Below are positions 49,218 through 53,280 of a DNA stretch of 53,280 nucleotides, piece by piece (positions within the stretch are counted from its first letter, which is position 1; every line of letters starts with the position of its first letter). The translations under genes and the position numbers were made by a program. Below the pieces are notes generated by a model. That model searched no databases, was not told where the DNA came from, and saw only the letters and a list, made by a program, of their open reading frames with translations. The DNA lies in contig CAUYUJ010000330.1 in the NCBI GenBank assembly GCA_963575745.1, positions 62,001-115,280 on the forward strand, written 5' to 3'. The stretch comes from Prorocentrum cordatum (Eukaryota).

Positions 49218-49901
49218 GAGAGCAGCTGCAAGTGCGTTCCGCTCAGTGCCTACGGTATGGTGGCGGGTAATGTATACCTGGGTAACGGTTGGTGTCACGG
49301 CGTGAAGGATACGACTAATACTGCGGACACGAACCCCGATGCGGTCTCCCTCTTTTATGCAACAGCCGCTGGCGCTGCCTCTGCCGTTGGCGACCCCCAC
49401 TTGCAAAATGTTCATGGTGACCGGTTCGATTTGATGATGCCAGGGAAGCATGTTTTGGTAAACATACCTCGTAGGGAGCGCGCTGAAAATACATTGCTCC
49501 GCGTGGAGGCCACGGCGAGCAAACTGGGCGGACTCTGCCAAGACATCTACTTCACGGACCTGAACATTACAGGATCCTGGGCACATGCAAAGCATTCTGG
49601 GGGATATCACTTCACGTCGGAAGTGTCTGGCTCCGAGACTGGCAGGTGGATCGCTCTGGGTGCGGTCGAGTTGAAGGTGGTGCACGCGCGCACGGCAAGT
49701 GGCATCCAGTACATGAACTTTTACATCAAACACTTGGGGCGAGCAGGGCATGCCGTCGGAGGTCTCTTGGGCGAGGATGACCACGAGATCGAGAGCACGC
49801 CTCAGGCTGCGTGCGTGAAGCACATGACTCTTGAGAAGGTTCATTTTTCCAGGCACAGCTCTGTTTCAGAGGCTTCGATTGCGCTGGGAATTCTCGCGTG
49901 A
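49218..49901 (+). CDS. 3' part of a protein with a GDPH motif and VWD-like domain
   Basis: SAVGDPHLQNVHGDRFDL (GDPH at 49389-49400), a beta-rich domain and VGGLLGEDDH; intact to the TGA at 49901. The upstream part of the listed ORF is repeat-derived. Confidence 0.8.
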   Translation, partial: ESSCKCVPLSAYGMVAGNVYLGNGWCHGVKDTTNTADTNPDAVSLFYATAAGAASAVGDPHLQNVHGDRFDLMMPGKHVLVNIPRRERAENTLLRVEATASKLGGLCQDIYFTDLNITGSWAHAKHSGGYHFTSEVSGSETGRWIALGAVELKVVHARTASGIQYMNFYIKHLGRAGHAVGGLLGEDDHEIESTPQAACVKHMTLEKVHFSRHSSVSEASIALGILA

Positions 49902-50267
49902 TCAGTATCCCGCGTTCACGCATTCTTGCGCCTCCTGGCTGCAGGGCTTGTGCTGTTTTATATGACCTTTTGATTTCAGATCGCGAGGCAGCTGAAAACA
50001 CAAGATAGCTATGTTTTTTTTTTGTTCTTCTCCTCCTCCTCCTCCTCCTCCTGCTCCTCCTCCTCCTCCTCCTCCTCCTCCTCCCCCTCCTCGCCCTCCC
50101 CTCCTCGGGTCGTCTGCGGCCCCGGGGGAAACCGTCCAGACAGCTCGCCGATTGGGTCCCAGTGCCAGCCCGAACGGCGAGCACAGAGCGGACGAAAACC
50201 CATAGAGGTTGTGAAGACCAGCTATTTTGGGACTCGTCGCCTGCTCTTCCTCGGCCTCGGCCTCGTT

Positions 50268-50327
<60 letters not shown>

Positions 50328-51680
50328 CGTATTCTCCTCCACCTTTCCCTCTCTCTCTCTCTCTTCCCCTTTCTCGTTTCTCCCCCGTCCCGCCTCCCCG
50401 TCCTCCCTCCTCCTCCGCCGCCCCCCATCCCGTAGCGCTTCTGCTCCTCCTCCCTCCATCCGCGTCTCTCATCATCGTCATCACCCGCTCCGCTTGCGGA
50501 TCACCTGATCCATGCGTTGCGCCAGTGCCTCTGGTTCTGCCACAGGTTGCGCCATCCATCTGGCTTAGGGCGACGGGATCTATACACGTCCACTGCCCCT
50601 GGGCCTGGCCAGAGGCAGTGGAGGTGTGCAGACTTCGTCGCCCTGTGGTTGCGCCACATGTTGCGCCACAGGCTGCGCCACGGATGGGCCCATGGGTTGG
50701 CCCCACATGTCGCGCCGTCCAGGGGGTGCGCCATACATAGCTTGCGCCGTGGGTTGTGCCACCGGTCGCGCCCTGGGCAGCCGACGTATTCAGAACGGCC
50801 TGCGATTGGTTGCGCCACAGGCTGCGGCCACTGCGGCCCGTGGTCTCAGTGCCTGGTGTGTCCCAGCCCGGCGGCTTTTCGGCCTGGGGTCCTCGTGCGT
50901 TCTTCTCCAGTCCGTGCAGCGTGGGAGCCAGCAGCAGCCGGTGCCCATGACGCTGGGGACTGGGACTGCTGCAGGGAGCAGGAGCACCTGCGTCTCATGA
51001 TGGACCTGTTTTCCACCTCCTCCTCCACCTCCTCCTCCTCCTTCTCCTTCTCCTCCTCCTCGTCCTCCTCCTCGTCCTCCTCCTCCTCCTCGTCCTCCAC
51101 CTCCTTCCCCCCTCCCGAACTTCTGGTGGTGGTGGTGGTGGAGAACAGGCCCTCTTCGTGTTGTGCCCGGTCTCCCGAGGATGCAGACCGCCGTGAGGCT
51201 GTAACGCTTCGCGTGCCTCGCGTGGGCTGAAGCTGGGCGGCCCGTTTTATCCAGGTGGGACCTCCAGGTCCTACGCAATGTGATTCCCCAGGTGCCCAGG
51301 ATGGTAGACACGAGGCCCAAGCTCTTATACACAAGGGCGCCCTCGAGGGCGCGAAGTTATTCGCGCTTCGCGCTTCGCGGTTCGGCTCCTTTTCCTCCTC
51401 TTCCTCCTCTTCTCCCCTCAGAGGCGGCGCGAGAGCGCGAAGTTATTCGCACCTCGCGCTTCGCGCAGCGCGAAGCGCGAAGCTGGGAGCACGTTTGCTG
51501 TTTGCTCCGCTGGCCCTGGCTCGGGCTTCCTCCGCAGTCTCCCAGATGAGAGCTGCGTGCGAGTCCCTGAGGGTCACGTGCCACCTGGACGTGCTGGGTA
51601 CTGTGTGTGGGGAGCTCCTCGGGTGCGAGGCTGGATAGTCCGTGTTGACGCTCGGGGATCGAACCGCAACGCTTTTGGCG

Positions 51681-52311
51681 GTCGGTGCAGGCTCTGAACT
51701 ACCTCGAACGGGGCTAGGACGAGGACGAATCCGTTGCAGAGCGTTCTGGAACCCTCTCAGAGCGTTCAGGAACGCTCTGAATGGGCCGCGTCGCCCGAGA
51801 CATCCTCCAGAGCCGCCAGATCTCAGAGATTCTCGATTTATCCTCACCCGATTTTATCCTCGTCCTGGCTTCGTCTTACCACGCTGCGGTGCGCGCTGCT
51901 GAGGCTGCCCTTCGGGCCACGGGTCTGGGGATGGAGAGGTTGGCTGGGCACAGCACCGCGGCCTGCGTGTCACGGGAGTCTGCATTCATGCGGCCGAGGT
52001 CGGAGACGGGCCCGTCCTTCTTCGCCTCCAGAGCTCTGATGCTTCGAGGGCACAGGCCGGATTTTTTTGGCTGTCGGTGCAGGCTCTGAGCCACGCGGCG
52101 GTGCGCGCTGCTCAGGCTGCCCTGCGGGTCACGGGTCAGGAGATCGAGAGGTTGCTGGGGCACGTCACAGCGGCCTGCGTGTTGCGGCATGAAGCCGCAT
52201 CTGTATCGTCCAGGTCGGAGATGCGCCGATTCTTCTTCTTCTTCTTCTTCTTCTCTTTCTCCTTCTTCTTCTTCAGAGCTCTGATGTTCTGAGGGCGCAG
52301 CCCAGATTTTT
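51681..52311. repeat. Two diverged ~215-240-bp tandem units, the first interrupted by the MITE-like element
   Basis: gtcggtgcaggctctga..ccacgc.gcggtgcgcgctgct.aggctgccc...cagagctctgatg occurs at 51681 and 52073. Confidence 0.8.
51698..51877. mobile_element. MITE-like element, copy 2
   Basis: Homologous to 6829-6995, has ~26-bp imperfect TIRs, and is absent from the adjacent tandem unit. Confidence 0.7.
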
Positions 52312-53280
52312 GAACTCAGCGCCAAGCCTGGGCAGTATTTCTACTTCTCAGAGCTCCGTGCCCATGCAACACAACATCTTTTTGATGATATTCAGCTTTT
52401 TGCTTCCGCAGCATAAGCGGCTGCTGTCGTATTCGATTCTGATTGCGCTGGCGGGCTCCTGCAGCTTAGCACCAGCCAGTCCTTCGGTGTTGATCTCGGT
52501 CGAACTGCTGTTCCCGTCGGTGTTGCTCGCAACCGCGTTGCTGTGTCAACTTGTGCTGATCAAGGCTCTGCTGCTGGTCCCAGCGGAATGCACCACGTGC
52601 GCGCTGCTTGTCCACTCGTGTTGCTGAAGGTCGTGCTGTTGATCCCGTCGGTGGTGTTCGCGTTCATCATGCTGTTCCCAGTGGGGTTGCTGGCGTTCGC
52701 GCTGCTGGTCTACTGCTGGTCGCGTTAGTATCGCTCGCCATCGCGTTGCTGGTCTGGCCCGTGATACACGCGGTCTTTGAGCTCTTCTGTCGATTTTGCT
52801 CGCGGTCGTGCTGCTGGTTGTGACTGTGTTGCTCACGGTCCTGGTGCCGGGCCCTATCTATGTCGTTCGTCACTGCGCTGCTGGTCTGCGAAGTGGTGCT
52901 CGAGGTTGTGCTGCTGTTCCCGCTGCTGTTATTCATCGTGTTGCTGGCCCCGTTGGTGATGCTCGCGATCCTTGTGTTTTCCGGCGATGTCGCTCGTCTT
53001 CGCGCTGTCTCTTGATTAACCCGTGCTGCACGATTTCATGCTGTTTGTCTTGCAGATTGTGCTCACGGTCGTGCTGTTGGTCCCGTCAGTATTGCTCTCG
53101 GTCCTACTGTTGGGGTGCTCGGTGCTGCTCTCCTCCGCCACCTCCTCTTTCGCCTGTTTTCTTTTCCTCCTCCTCCTCCTCCTCCTCCTCCTGGCCTGCA
53201 TCTGCCGGGTGGTGATTGCACGCTCCCACTCGGTACGCAGCTGCCAGGCGGACCGCCGATCCGATCCGACCCCGTCCTCC

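Overview
Repeat-dense, GC-rich eukaryotic nuclear DNA, most likely from a dinoflagellate. This is inferred from a relic spliced-leader motif upstream of a gene and from a DNA-methyltransferase-carrying LTR retrotransposon. I found no rRNA, tRNA or CRISPR array, and most ORFs in the track are artefacts of micro- and minisatellites. Supported content, in order: (1) the 3' end of a non-LTR retroelement (minus strand) whose RNase H motifs appear in circularly permuted order; (2) a decayed zinc-finger DDE transposase (16.9-20.0 kb) split by an 841-bp Helitron2/Helentron-like non-autonomous insertion; (3) three copies of one APE-RT LINE family: one 5'-truncated, one near full length and one 3' stub; (4) the 3' half of a Ty3/Gypsy pol ordered RT-RNase H-C5 cytosine methyltransferase-integrase-Tudor-like tail, followed by a PPT and a candidate LTR; (5) a probable retroposed secreted-protein gene with a C-terminal GDPH/VWD-like module, split by about 6 kb of repeats, plus a pseudogene paralogue; (6) many satellites, a foldback array and a MITE-like element with an in-window empty site. 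Several lesions at conserved motifs are T>C/A>G, the reverse of normal CpG decay. All calls come from motif recognition by eye; no searches were run.
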